A stretch of 64,000 bases of DNA. It comes from Phallusia mammillata (lineage: Eukaryota). The translations under genes were made by a program, and so were the position numbers. The notes beneath the pieces were generated by a model. The model saw nothing but the letters and a program-made list of their open reading frames with translations. It was not told where the DNA came from and did not search any database. The stretch lies in the NCBI GenBank assembly GCA_965637545.1, contig OZ281500.1:496001-560000 (forward strand). Direction: 5' to 3'. Below are positions 1 to 12,800 of this stretch, piece by piece (positions within the stretch are counted from its first letter, which is position 1; every line of letters starts with the position of its first letter).

Positions 1-529
1 TTCGATCAATAATTTCTATCGATGCACGCGCTAAGCGACGGCACGTACGACTATAACGTTACAAACGCCGAAGCGCGATTTGTTCTTACGTTGATTTTAG
101 TTTAGAATGTAATTACGCAAATGGTCTCGAGCCAAAAGTTAATAAATGCAAATTCTGAACAGAAATCAACTCATAACAACAATTTGATGTTACCACCTCT
201 CAATGCGTTATCATCTAAAGGAAAACTTTCTCAACGTTTTCATGTAAAATTGGGGAAGAAGCTTGACTTACAAAATGAAGAAGCAAAAAAATGATTCCAT
301 TAAATTTTGCTGCTATGTTTTTACGAGTAAAACTAAAAGTTTAAGCTAAAATGGCAATTTTTTCAGACAAAAATGTAAAAAATTCTAATACAAGAGAGAA
401 ACTTCGCGCATAAACAGGCAAATCAAAGCACTGATATAAAAATGTTTCGACAGATGCTGTTTTTTACATCATAACTCATATTTGTATGAAACGTGCAACT
501 ACCAAATGAGATCAAAAAAGGTTTCTTAC

Positions 530-3501
530 CCATGAAGTATGGAAAAATTTTACACAGGACAGAACCGAAGATAAATCGTTTCAGCATTCGTCCTATGAGC
601 GATATGGGCATGCAGATGAGCGCAAGGAGAAGGTCACTGACTGACAAACTGAGAAGGAAGGAATTTGTCACCGTCCTCATCCTCTTATTGGATGCGAGGG
701 TCACCATCACCAGGCTGTTTCCGATGAGAGCAAGGAGAAAGACGAGCGTGTACATGATGAAGATGTGAATCGGATCTTCTCCTGAAGAGGAAAAGCGGGA
801 AGATTAAACTCAAAATTTATTCTTGTTATGGCGACAAATGAATTCATGGAAATATTATTTGAATTTGTTTGGAATTTTGGTTTACAAAACACAAAAACTG
901 AAGCGAACATTTTGACAATTGTTTAGTTATAATAAAAAATTGGAACTCGTTAACGCTACGTTAGCAAATCAAGAACTCGATCAAAACAAAACTAAAAACG
1001 AACATTTCGATAAACGTCAATTATTATAAAAACGTTTTAAAAACAAAAACTACTTCAGTGACTCTTTGAATAAAAAAATTCCAGAACACAATAAACAAAA
1101 TCACATCTAAACATAATCCCCCTAAATGTGACAAATGGATTGCCGAAAACAAGGCTCTTGATCTAAACAGACATCAAAAGAAACCTTAAATCGCTTTTTA
1201 TTTTTGTAATTGACTTCCAGCGAAGTGGGCGTGGCTCTGACACACCCCTTCTTTCATCTTTGGAAATGTCAAAGGGTTTAGTAATTCTCTGCGATAAAGG
1301 GACAGATGTACGTGTGTAAAACCGTAATAAAAGGACAAATATTTAAACTGGCGACAATTAAGCGATTAAACGAGAATGAAAATCAATAATCCAACGCAAA
1401 ATGCTATTCAGAACAAGATGTCGTTTTACTGTGAATTATAAATGGCGGAAAAATCTATGAATATTTATTTAAAGTTGAGCAATTTTTTTTTTCATGATAT
1501 GGTAATAAATTAGCTCCAATAAAAACTAAAAACATATTGTGGGATTTAGGTTACAGAGCTCTCTTGTCTTGTTCGAAGTTTCGCAAATGCTGAAAACATC
1601 ACATACGAAAATTTCATCAGCATGTAAGCGTGCATGTTGTTTCAAGCAAGCGTGTCATTATGCGAGCCGCGGAATGTTCTCATGCCCAAACTGCCAACGA
1701 AATCATACGTGTTTTCCCATGAGCTGTCAGTCAACGTACGGACGCAATTAAAGTTACGCAGCTGCGAAGTATTACAGAACCAGAGAGCCTTTCAACCCCT
1801 GCTCAGCTTTGCAGGGGTGTGATTACGTTCTCTCTTGGCAAGCAGGACGCGTCACATCAGCAGACATGTAAGCTGGGTGCGATTGGTCGAACTTACAGGG
1901 TGCATCTGAAATTTACTGGGTCACTTTCATAGCTTGGTACTATATTACCACATCTTACTCCAACTATAACATCATTTCGTGCACCATAAAATCGCTTGGG
2001 ACGCCTTCAGCCGCACCACGTGAAGTTGCAACACGCGATCCAACTAATCCTTTACATTTGAGATGCACTAAAATCCACAGACTGAAAGTTGCTCAATTGT
2101 AACCAGCAGTTTCCCTTCATTTGTGATGTTTTTAAACTTTAACTGGTTTATTACGGAAGCTTTTTTATTCGTTTTTTTAGTAAAAAAGCAATAGTCAATT
2201 GCCATGTTGTCTGTTGGTGAAACAGTTGTTGTTTATTTTAAACAAACTTTATTTTTGACTTCTTTAGTCTATAGTGTAGACTCTACACTATAATGATCAT
2301 TCTTTTGGATTTTTGAGAATAAAAATAAATTACGCCGGAACGTTGTTATAACTTATTAAGTTTCATCCCATTTCCCGTCTGTCACATAAACATTGTTTGT
2401 AGGAAAAAATATTGCAGGAATTTATGTGCCCAACTTTGTAAAAGGTCAATATTTTGATCTCTTGGTTGATCCAAGTCTGTCAGAAGCAGTTCCCAAATAT
2501 GTTTTGATGAATGTTAACATTGAACACAAACACAAACGTGTGCCGCGCCATAACTGGGCAGTTGTCAGCCAGCATGAACTCGACATGGGTTAAACGAAAC
2601 TGACATCTGTGGACGGTTGTTAATTGTCGAAATTATTAATTATTTAAATGAAATCCGCCTCAGCTGGCCGTGACCGTGACGTTTCATTGTGACGTTATAA
2701 TCGTTTTGACGCTTTTGTGGAAAAGGTATGTTGTTCCAGAACGCCGTGTGATCGCGGTTCTTAAAAACTTTTAATTAGGTATTTTTTGGAAATGGATTGA
2801 GTTTAAATATACTCGTATACGTCAGGCCGATTAACTTTTCTTTGTAATTAGCTTTTTGCCACGTGTTTGTGTGTTTTGATTGGGTTTGCCATAAACTCTT
2901 TCCTGTTATTTTCCGACTTTTTTAAAAAAGATATTTTTTTAAACTATAACTCCCTTTAAATGTTTTTTCAGGCATATCTGCGTTTCCTTGTCCGCTTTTG
3001 TTGTCTTTGGGAAAATTGGGTTAAAATCGTGAAGGGAAGTTTAATTTAGCCTGCATTTAAACAAACTAAAATACTTAACAAGCAAAAACTTTAAGGTGCG
3101 ATAAACAATAACAATTGAGGTATCTTCTGATCAAAAAAATGTTGGAAATAAATCGCTAAACTTATAATATTCAACCGTCAAATTAGGTTCCCACCTTTCG
3201 TGTCTGCTTCCTGCGTTAACCCACGAGCAATTGAAAGTTGTGATGCATTCCCCGGTGAAACGGCACTCGCCCATAGGGAGGCTTGGGTCGTGATGTTACT
3301 GCCCTCAGTTATAGGATTGTTGTACTTAGGATAAGATCCGGTGGTCAGTAATACTTCCTCTGTAGTGTGCGAGTCCAGTCTGACCAGCTGCAAACCTCTG
3401 CATGTGAATCTTGGACGACTTTGTGAAGTTTCTTCTGCACTGACAGTTCTTGTGGCGAAGTTTGTTGTTGAAAATATCCGTGGAGTATCAGTCGTGGTCA
3501 T
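530..3501 (-). CDS. CCKR: Cholecystokinin/gastrin (cionin) receptor-like class A GPCR, 5' part only: coding exon 1 (3501-3195) and exon 2 (781-530); the rest lies left of the window
   Basis: Exon 2 reads EDPIHIFIMYTLVFLLALIGNSLVMVTLASNKRMRTVTNSFLLSLSVSDLLLALICMPISLIGRMLKRFIFGSVLCKIFPYFMG, covering TM1-TM3 with the CCK-receptor-type NKRMRTVTN and FIFG..CK...YFMG motifs. It is bounded by ttcag| (783-782) and G|gtaaga (529). Exon 1 encodes 102 Ser/Thr-rich aa with NIT and NAS sequons and ends AAA G|gtggga (phase 1), matching the phase of exon 2. Confidence 0.9.
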
Positions 3502-5449
3502 ATCTGTTCCACGTTAAGGTTGAATAACTGCGTTTGATTGTCAACAGAAAACAAACTTGAAACAAAAGCTGGCTACAAAAGAAAACCAAAGAAAAAAAAC
3601 ATATCTCGAGATTAAAATGTTGGTGAACTTACTTAAGTAAAAAAAAAAAAACTTGTTATTTGTATGTCAAAAAAAAAAAAACAGTTTGCATGTGAGATGC
3701 CTTTTTTAATTATCTTTCATTAATTTTTGAAAACTTTGCACCGTAACAGGTTTTCAAATACATTTTTTACAGCCTTTTTACTTAATTGTCTGAAAGTTCT
3801 ACTACATCTTGCAGGCTTATTGCCCAAACATTCACATTTTCTGTATTTGTCGCTACTTTCTAAATCCTAAATTCCACACAACAAAAACTCTTTAAAGTGG
3901 CAATTTGCTGAACGATTGGAACCGAAATCCTTTAATCTGACAAGCGACCGTCGACTGCAAGAACCGAGTGAAGACGGAGGTAAATATAAATAGCTCTTGC
4001 CTTTTTCGCAGCCGTCTGCACCGCTTGACTGGTGCGGTTCAATGCTGAGGTTTCGAAATCACAGTGACAGTTTGTGGCAAAGGTTGTAGGCTCATCCGAA
4101 CACGTTGCTATGTCCATAGAGCCCAATTTTCATTTTGCCTTAGCGTCAGTTTTTGTTCGCGCAAATCTGTATGCAATATATAGCGAGTTATTTAACAAAA
4201 CAAAGATGCATCTGGTGACAAATCTCATATTTACACAAACCGTCAGAAGAACTAAACACGCTGTCAAGTTATTCAATTTCTTTATTTAATAAATTTTCAC
4301 TTCAGTCTTGAACAGAAGTAGGTTCATTAAAATGTAATTAAAAGCCAGTTTATGTGACGTGTCGAGTAGATACTAAATACTTCAGTCTTTGATGCGCATC
4401 ATCAGTCTTTAATTGGAAGTTATGAAATCACTTTTTTAGTTCTTTATTTTCTTTGATGAATCCAACTGCATATATTGTTTATTTGTTCCAAAGGAAACAA
4501 ACATATTTCTTATATTTTTTTGAATCCCTCGCATTGATTGGCCGAACGTCCATAACCGATATTACGTCAAAACATTTATTTTAAACTTCCCCACTCCATC
4601 GTCAACCTAATTAATTCGTCCGCCCGCCGCCACTACACTTAACCTGCTTCCGATTTCAGGATTAAAGCGATTGCTGGGCTCTGACGCTTCCACGATTAAT
4701 ATTTAATGTAAAATCGTCTTTTATCCGTCGGTGGGTGTCACTCTCTGCTTGAAATAGAATCCCGTAAAAGAGCAAGCAGCGTTTTGCACCGAACTTTCAA
4801 CGCTTGGTCTTTCCCGCTTGTTAAACGTAATGCAGCAAACCGATAAAGTTATGTTCCTTAAAATTACCTGCTGCCCGTTGCTAAGTGCTGACGACAGAAC
4901 TTTAATATCGAATATAACCTGCATTTTAAGTGCGCTGAAACATGAACTAGTGATGATGTGGCTTAAATTTGTATCGCCCAATTTAGTCCCCATCTCTGTT
5001 GCCGCAAAAAGTCCATCCAAAAAGTGGTGCAAAAAGGTTTAAAAGATATATGATTTGATTCTATTTCAATAAGATGCTAAAGATGCCGCATAGGCCAAAT
5101 ATATTTATCTGAATTCATGAGGATAAATGACTTAATGATTTAATTAATTTGGAAGAAACGTGTCTTGTATTTTGTTTTGAGTCTATTGCCATGTTTTTCA
5201 GCAAATGGTCAGTTTGGCACTTGTTTTAAGAACATATTCACATAACATGTGTAACATTGTTCAAAACTATGACACAAATTCACTTTTTGTATGTAACAAC
5301 TTATTTGTTAGCTAGTTTGTGTGATTGTGACGACACGGGTCGGTTTATTTAATGAACTCTACTACTCAAGTGCAAGATAAAAACCACAAGTTACTTAAGT
5401 AAAATCGATCGCTCGTCGTTGTGACTTTAATTTGTATCTCAAGGGAGCA

Positions 5450-5560
5450 AAGTGAGCAAATTCAATTAGTTCATTTGTCGAAAGGTCGCTGCCACAACGC
5501 CACGTTTCCGATGGATTGTTTTCTCACGCGCGAAAGTAATTTGTTAGAAAATCCCCTGAG
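5450..5560 (+). other. Probable non-coding first exon of PDZD11 (5' boundary uncertain)
   Basis: Strong donor ctgag|gtatgt at 5560/5561 and an acceptor ttttttag| at 6363, 13 nt upstream of the PDZD11 ATG. Confidence 0.4.
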
Positions 5561-6376
5561 GTATGTCGCCTGGTTCTTCATTGGCATGATTGCAACCTGC
5601 TTTGTGACCTTTATAACAAATAAAATTGTTCTCTTACTTGGTTAGGAATTGTCGAAAGGTTTACTTTTTTATGTAATTTTATTTCTTATCATGTTTTACT
5701 CCTAATTCATATCAATGCATATTTTCAACTTTTTCTATATGCTCACTTTCAAGTACCATGTTTATTCGATTATTAGCCGCGGCTTATAAAGTTTTTACCC
5801 TACCGTTTGTGCAGCTTACAATCGAGGCGACTTACATTTTTTTCATGCCGATATTATCCTACACGCCTGTTTTTTTGCGTTCAAAATTTTTGTGCATTTT
5901 GGCTTTACACGTCAACTTACGCTCTGCTGGGTAGAAGTATTTGCGTGACTAACAGTTGTTGACAAATAGTTGTACTTCATAGCAACATAAAGATGTTTTG
6001 TTAAACAATAGTACCTAAGATCACAAAATGCGGCCTATAATCAAGTAAATATGGCATTGAGTCAATAGAAAATACCCTAAAATAGAGGGGTTTCGTGCTC
6101 GTTTTATTTAAAAGTCAATTTTATGCGTCTTTTACACTTTGTGAACTAACATTGTTTGATGTTGAACAATTTGCTCACAACATTTTGAAAAACAAACCAA
6201 TTTTTTGGGAACTAAAAACGACTTGACTATTTTAATACTTTTGACTTAAATCTGGCTGCTACGTTAATGTGTGGCTTAGTTGGATTAAGCTTGTACTGGC
6301 GCCGTTTTTTTCACCACACTAGCGTGGGAAAATTAGAGAGTGCAGAAACTAATTATTTTTTAGTATTTTTGCCAAC

Positions 6377-8225
6377 ATGACTGAAACACGGAAAGGAAAA
6401 CAGCGTAAAACTTTTGAACCACCCTCACCTCCGCCTTATGAAGCCCCGCCAAAGTGGATTCCTTCTCATGAAAGATGGAATCATCCAAACTACAACAGCA
6501 ACCTCATAACTTATTTACCTCGCACTGTTTACATGGAACGAAATGAACACCGACCTCTTGGCTTTAATATCAGAGGTGGAAAAGCAAACGAATATGGAGT
6601 GTATGTTTCTAAGGTGGGTTGTGAATCTTTTACAATTCATTTGTGACATTTTACAAGATATAGCTTACTTTTGAGCAACCTTATGATTAGATTTTCATGC
6701 ACTTTTGTATCTGCATCAAAGTAACTTTCTCAATGTCTTTTTCTCGGTGCCTTTTCAATGCAGAATTATTTACATTTACATTTGCGGTTCAAATTAAGCA
6801 GTTGCACATTGAAAGCTCTCGATAACCTTTTCTTTAATTAGTTTACCTTCACAACTTCTTCTCATGTCTCAGACCTCTACTTTAGTAGTTCCTAATTATT
6901 TTGTAAAGACCTGAATATGTTATGTGCAATTTAATAGCAAATTGTGACTACTTTGAATGTCACAATTCCATCTGTCCAGTGGCAAATTATGCTGCAAGAA
7001 TAATGTACAGCAGGGTCGGCAACCTTTTAGGTGACACACGCCAATTTATTTGTTATTTCCATGTGTTAATGACCTCGCATGCGAACGTTTTTTTTTAAAT
7101 AATAGTGGTTCGCGCCAGCAGATATCAAAAATAAAGAGAAAGTAGATTGTTTTGTGCATGTAAGGCTGAATTTTAAGACAACCGCATGATAAAAACTTTA
7201 AACAAGCAGTGTAACGGGTTCAATTGTTATATAAACACGCAAATCGGTTGGCATGCCATGAAAAACCACCTAGCGTGCCAACCTTGGCATGCATGCGAGC
7301 GGTTGATGACCCCTGATGTAGTGTCCGGTTATCGATGAGCTTTGTGATTACAGTAGCAACTTCAACCAAAATCCAATAGTGAATAATTTTTTAGGTAAAG
7401 CACTGCTCAGCTAGTTATCCACAATTAATTGAGGTCCTTAATTTTCCACAGGCATCAATCTAAAACTTGATTAAAATGTGTCACTTAGTAGACCAGATGT
7501 TTTGGTATTTTAAGAATATTGTTTACTCACAAGACATGCGATTTGCTACTGAAAAAATGCTTAGGAGGCACAAATCCTAATCTTGTCACTTGTGCTCTGC
7601 TTTTATTTCTGTGTTTCACTATAACACTCATCAGAATAAGTATGTAACATCCATTTCACACATGCAAGCATAGTTGGCTACTTTGTTTTCTCTCAAAAGT
7701 TCAAAAGTTTGTTTCTTTAGGTGTTACCAGATTCAGAAGCTGACAAACTTGGCCTTAAAGCTGGTGACAAGATTTTGTACGTCAACAAAATTGATTTTTG
7801 TGACATTCCACATGCTGATGTAAGTATAACACAACAACAAGACTATTTTGTAATTTAATCCAAGCTTTATTAAAAAAGTTTCTTGCCAAAACACCTATGC
7901 TAAGTTTCATATCAAACGATTTTCAAGCAATGGTTCTATATAGTGTGCCAATCGTAATACTTTGTTTTTTTTTCATTCTAATCATGTTATATTTCTTGCT
8001 TATTGCTAATTTTGACAATCCGCAAATACACATTCAATCAAAAATGGAATTCAAATTCGAACAGGCGGTCGATCTCTTACAAGAATCTGATATCTTGGAA
8101 ATGAAAGTGCAATATTTTCCTTATGGTAAGTCCGAACCTATGATCTATTTGTCAAACACAATTTTCAAGTACATATGTTTTTTTTAGGTTTTAGTTTACA
8201 GCAGCAGAGAATTGGACTTGTGTGA
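6377..8225 (+). CDS. PDZD11: PDZ domain-containing protein 11, 144 aa; exons 6377-6613, 7721-7819, 8065-8125, 8188-8225
   Basis: The spliced product contains PPYEAPPKWIPSHERWNHPNYNSNLITYLPRTV, LGFNIRGGKANEYGVYVSK, VLPDSEADKLGLKAGDKILYVN, AVDLLQ and MKVQYFPYGFSLQQQRIGLV*. This matches the recalled human PDZD11 (PAYENPPAWIPPHER...GFNIRGGKA...RFFPY) along its full length. All junctions are GT-AG and in phase (0,0,1). Confidence 0.93.
7011..7315. mobile_element. hAT-type MITE in PDZD11 intron
   Basis: TIRs cagggtcggcaacc / ggttgatgacccctg; flanking 8-mers atgtacag / atgtagtg (6/8 match, a decayed TSD). Confidence 0.7.
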
Positions 8226-9261
8226 ATTTCAATTCTTTCAAACAATTTCTACCGAACTTTCAATTTATAGTTTTTATTGTATTTTTTTATTTTCGTACTA
8301 CTTTTGGGATATGGGTGTCGATCTGTCAACTCCGAAATGCTTTTCATGTCGTTTAAGTTCCCTATTTAGTTGTCGTTTAGAAATATTATTCAACATATTA
8401 GCATACAGCTTATATGGCTTGTAACCAGAAGTTTTAAACCTACTAATTTATGTTCTTATTTGAAAAAAAAATCTTTAAATTTTACATCCGAATTCAGCAA
8501 AACCTTTCTACCTTATTGTGCACTGAAGACATTGCAATTGTACTACATTTTTTAACTTTATTTGTACTTGTGTGTGTGTGTAGTATTGTATTTTTGATAT
8601 GTGTGTTGTAACCACCGATTTATACACATATTTAAGCATAATTTAAAAACTGAGCACCTTAAACAACAGCAGTTGAGAAATCCAAATGAAAATAATACTT
8701 GCCATTTCTGGGCAAATCAGGCGAACCCTGTGCTTATTAGCAGGGCACACTAAAACTTTATGCTTTGTAACAAAAACCACCATAACCCTGACGTGGGTTT
8801 AAAAACACCCAACAAAAAAATGGATACTTTGTGCTAAATAAACGTCGTGATTGAATTGTTGTTTTGTTAAATTGCATCAGAGCATTTGGCATTTGAATGA
8901 AGTCTAATCCTCCAATAAATACTGGTTACATACTCACAATCGGGTGAAAAATACTTGCTGGTCTCAACCGACTCTATAATATAAATTCAGGCGATTGTGA
9001 AGGCTTTCGTTGCTGCATTTGTGTAATAAATCATTACATTATCATTACTAATGATGCAACGGACTGACGGTGGTCCGCGTCAAATTCAGTGATGGTAACC
9101 TAACGTATAACAGTAAGTTTTAATTCAATGTTTCTCGCTTTGAATTTTGTTGCACCTACATCAATATTTCAATGTGTGAAACAAGAGGCAAATCATTTTC
9201 CAATTTCTGCATCCGTCCAGGCGTTCTAGTAAATATGGAATACTTAGGGGTTACAACTCCA

Positions 9262-10190
9262 CGTTCATGTCAATTCTGCAAAAAGTTATTAGCTTACAGT
9301 TTCCGCCAAAAGCATTGCGTTACAAAAACGCTTATAGTTATGTCATAAGCTACTGTCTGGCTACACTTTATTTAAAGCAAGGCCATTGCTCTGCGTGCCT
9401 AGTGTTGCTTTACAGCTTCGTGAATAATAAGGTCGGTAAAATCACACAATATTTCTTATTTTCCTAAAGTTTTGAGGTCTTGCAAAATTTTATTCAAGCA
9501 CTAAAATGGGTCGAAAGAAGATGCAAATGGAAGAAAAATCTTGTGCCTTGACATTGTTAAAGAAGGGAAATTCTTTGATTGCTGTAGTGAGCATGGGCTT
9601 CTTGGCTGCACGGCGACATGGTAGCTTAAGATCCTTGTGGAGTCGATGACGAATTGTCCTGTTTGAAACGTTGTGGAGAAGCTCAGGGTGCTTGTTTTTT
9701 AATTTAACGGCGGTTATAGATGGATATGAGGTTACTTCATGCTTTAAAAGCTTATCCGTACTTGGCGAAGTCTTCTTAGCTGTGCCAGAACCTGATTTGC
9801 TCCCCGGAACCAACCTGTTTGGCAATTACGCCGCTGACCTTTTACTTGATAAATTACCTTTCTTGAGACCTCCAATATCTCTGGCAACAGCAATCACAGA
9901 ATCTATATTCTCTAGCAATGTCAAGGCACAAGATTGTTCTTCCTTTGCATCTTCTTTTGACCCATTTTCGTGTTTAAAATTTTTTTTACAAGATCTCGAA
10001 ACTTTAGGAAAATACAAAACATTGTGTGATTTCACCGACCTTACTATTCACGAAGCTGTAAAGCAACACTGGGCACGCAGAGCAATGGCTTTGCGGTGAA
10101 GTGTAGCCAGACAGTAGGTGATGAAATAACTATAAGCGTTTTTGTAACACAATGCTTTTGGCGGAAACAGTAAGCTTAGAACTTATGCAG
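9262..10190. mobile_element. Foldback non-autonomous element made of two head-to-head left ends of a Tc1/mariner transposon (DNA-binding region only, no DDE domain)
   Basis: Inverted arms of about 330 bp (9262-9586 vs 9870-10190). The plus arm starts the transposase at 9506 (MGRKKMQMEEKSCALTLLKKGNSLIAV). The minus arm continues, frameshifted, through VIAVARDIG and VSNRTIRHRLHKDLKLPCRRAAKKPMLT, the Tc1/Tc3-type HTH motif. Confidence 0.8.
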
Positions 10191-11197
10191 AATTTACATG
10201 TAAAGTTTTTTTTTTGCCCACCGAATGTAAAGATTTTTTGTCGGCACTGTATTACTACATAAAGTAAAGTGGAGGCTATTTCTCGGGATTGTCGGTGAGT
10301 GTTTAATTTGACTTGTGACCTAAATTAATCCATGGTTTTTATGTGTGGCTTATGGCATGCTGTATTTTCCTATAGTGCTTGCAACTGTTGATACATGTAC
10401 CTGTTGAGCTGCGTCGCAAAATAGTTGGTGAGTCGGTCATTTACGACATTGATTTGTGCGGTGACATATGTCAACGTGTTTCGTTTTCTTATTTAGAAAA
10501 CCGCTTCATTTCTGATTGTGTACTACGTTGTGGTTGTGGCTGTTGTCGCTGTGGATTATTACACTAGATTCGGGAAGTGTGATTGTGTGGGAAAGGGCGG
10601 GGCGTGTTTCAACGTGACAAATCCTATTGTGAGGCTCAGCCTTGCAGGTCGGCCGTTCAGAGTATATATTAGGTGTTGACGTTGTGTGACTTTACTTTTA
10701 ACACAACCATGTCGGGTAATAATGGTTATCCGGCTGTAATGTGGATGGATTAACTGTAACTTTACTCTCTACTGCCTCAACGTGGCTTCTATGTCGGTTG
10801 ACAACGCTCTTTTTTTAGCCTAATGTACATTTGTCACTGCTGGTAATTATTTACTTCTGCGTGTTGCATAGCTATCACTTCTATTGCCGGCTGCAAACTC
10901 TAAAATACCAGACTCATAATATCGGGTTTATATTTGTCAGCATCCAGTAAACAGGGGTGTTTGTATTTTTGCACAAAAGCACCCAAGTAGTCGGTTATTA
11001 GGTATGACTTAGGATATAAATTATTGTTTAATTGATTAAGAATATGATTGCAGCTCTGTGTCAGTTGAAACAAACTATAACGCGTAATTAGCATTTTAAA
11101 GCGAAATATTTTCCGTTCGTGATAAAGCATATGCTTCAAATTTGTTTAAAACTCAATAAAGCAATCGATATCGAGCTTCAAACAATAGTCAATCATA

Positions 11198-12800
11198 TTA
11201 TTTTGGTGGAAGAACGTTCTTCTCGAACTCTCCGGCATTTGTGACGTTTCCCGTAGGAGAAAATCTTCCCACTACGTAGGTGAAATCCCCACCCGATTTT
11301 ATTCCAGCGCCGAATTCTTTCGAAGCTTTCCACACGACTTGTGTGAAGTGACCTGCACAAAACCACGGTGAAGCAAGTCTGAAAATTCAACTCTTTGCAC
11401 AAAAGCGTTCATACAGACCAGCGATCACGTCACACTCAAATATAAACTATATATGAGCATATACCGTGGTGGGATTCAGCCGGTTCGCACCCGTTCTAGA
11501 ACCGTCTTACAAAATTCTATAAGATCAGCGAACCGGTTAGCACTACTGGTTACTGTCAACGGGCTTTTTGTAACAGAACCGGCTGAAAAATATGACTTTT
11601 GTGATAGAACCGGCTAAAATGTGACTTTTGTGATAGAACCGGCTGACAAAAAATTTGAATCCCACCACTGATCATATACTATAGTAACATACCAGGACCA
11701 TTTAAGGCGTATTTCGGTAGTCTCCCAAGCATTTCTATATGACACGCCAAAGCCTGGAAATATCTAGCCTGCGGTCGGTTTCGGACGCATTTTTATCTTA
11801 GCTAATCTGAGTCGCAACAGTTAATAGAGGAATTGTTTTTTAAGGATAAACAAAGCAGGTTCAGTCCCCGAATTTTTCCAGAGAACTTCGTTGATTATAC
11901 GTCTATAGCCTTCTACTACCACTGAGAGAAGCACAGTGTGTTATAAAATCCGGTTTAGGTCTTGGATTTTCGTGAAAAACGTTGTTTTACGACCGGTCGA
12001 TAATGCGTACTTTACTCCATTTACTGGAGATTTTTTTGCTTGCTTAAGAGTATATAGCCTACGCATTTTTTTCCATTTAAATTTCCGCATACCAGTGTTT
12101 CCAGAATAGCCAGGTTTGTCGAAGTTGTAGTTTTTGATTTCATCGTACCACATTCTCGCTGTTGCACCAGCGCTCAGGTTACCCCAGCCTGCAGCCAAGT
12201 TTTCTCCAACCCAGTTGCGATCAGTGCTGTGTTCGAGTTTTTTTGTTTCAGCAATGTGATCCGCCCACCTTCGAACAAATATAACACTTTTAGAATGCAG
12301 CTGCACTTAGGTGGGTCATATGATTGTATCTATGAGCTAAAATACCACGTAAATAAGAATTTAAAATCGCCTTATGTACAAGATACGACATTTTCCTTGT
12401 TACTTCACTAAATTTGCTACTTTACTAACACAACGATCATTTCATAAAAATATCAAATGTTTTTCTTAACGATATGGTTTAATCGAGTTGGACACGAATT
12501 TGTATTTTTAACAAGAAATTCATTCGGCTTATTGGATTGAAAATTAACTTGTGTTTAGAAACGTATATGTGATAACTTCTTTGCATTGTTAGACCAAAAA
12601 ATGCAGCTAGATTTTTTATTTGAGACGTTTCGCAATATAGGTTTTGATTTTTACGTAACCCGCCTTTCTTTTTTGCCGCCGACTTACTTCTGTGCACCTT
12701 GGCACAATTGTTTGCTGAGAGTCATCGCTGGAACTCCATGTTTCGCTCTGTCCTTGTTCAGCTCATCCAATAACATTTCAGCAAAATTGTTGTCTCCCAT
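11198..12800 (-). CDS. CAP-superfamily (GAPR-1/GLIPR2-like) protein, copy A; exons 12800-12688, 12268-12093, 11352-11198
   Basis: Spliced ORF MGDNNFAEMLLDELNKDRAKHGVPAMTLSKQLCQGAQK-WADHIAETKKLEHS...VGENLAAGWG...[37 protein letters not shown]...VVGRFSPTGNV...NVLPPK*. It has the CAP motifs GENL, WYDE and [8 protein letters not shown], GT-AG junctions and no stops. Confidence 0.88.
11464..11670. mobile_element. hAT-type MITE with internal tandem repeats in the last intron of CAP copy A
   Basis: TIRs ccgtggtgggattca / tgaatcccaccactg; TSD agcatata / atcatata (7/8). Absent from the paralogous intron near 18210. Confidence 0.8.

Noticed and set aside
423-529. 3' tail of the ORF-track 110-aa ORF (KKPFLISF...)
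   Set aside because: Intron read-through past the G|gtaaga donor; similarity to CCK receptors stops at YFMG.
1770-1840. Hairpin acccctgc-tcagcttt-gcaggggt with flanking gagag/ctctc, a possible pre-miRNA
   Set aside because: Only an 8-bp perfect stem with a poorly paired extension, and no recognised mature miRNA sequence.
4721-5042. Overlapping 103-aa and 74-aa ORFs between CCKR and PDZD11
   Set aside because: No recognisable motif and no convincing splice context; likely promoter-region chance ORFs.
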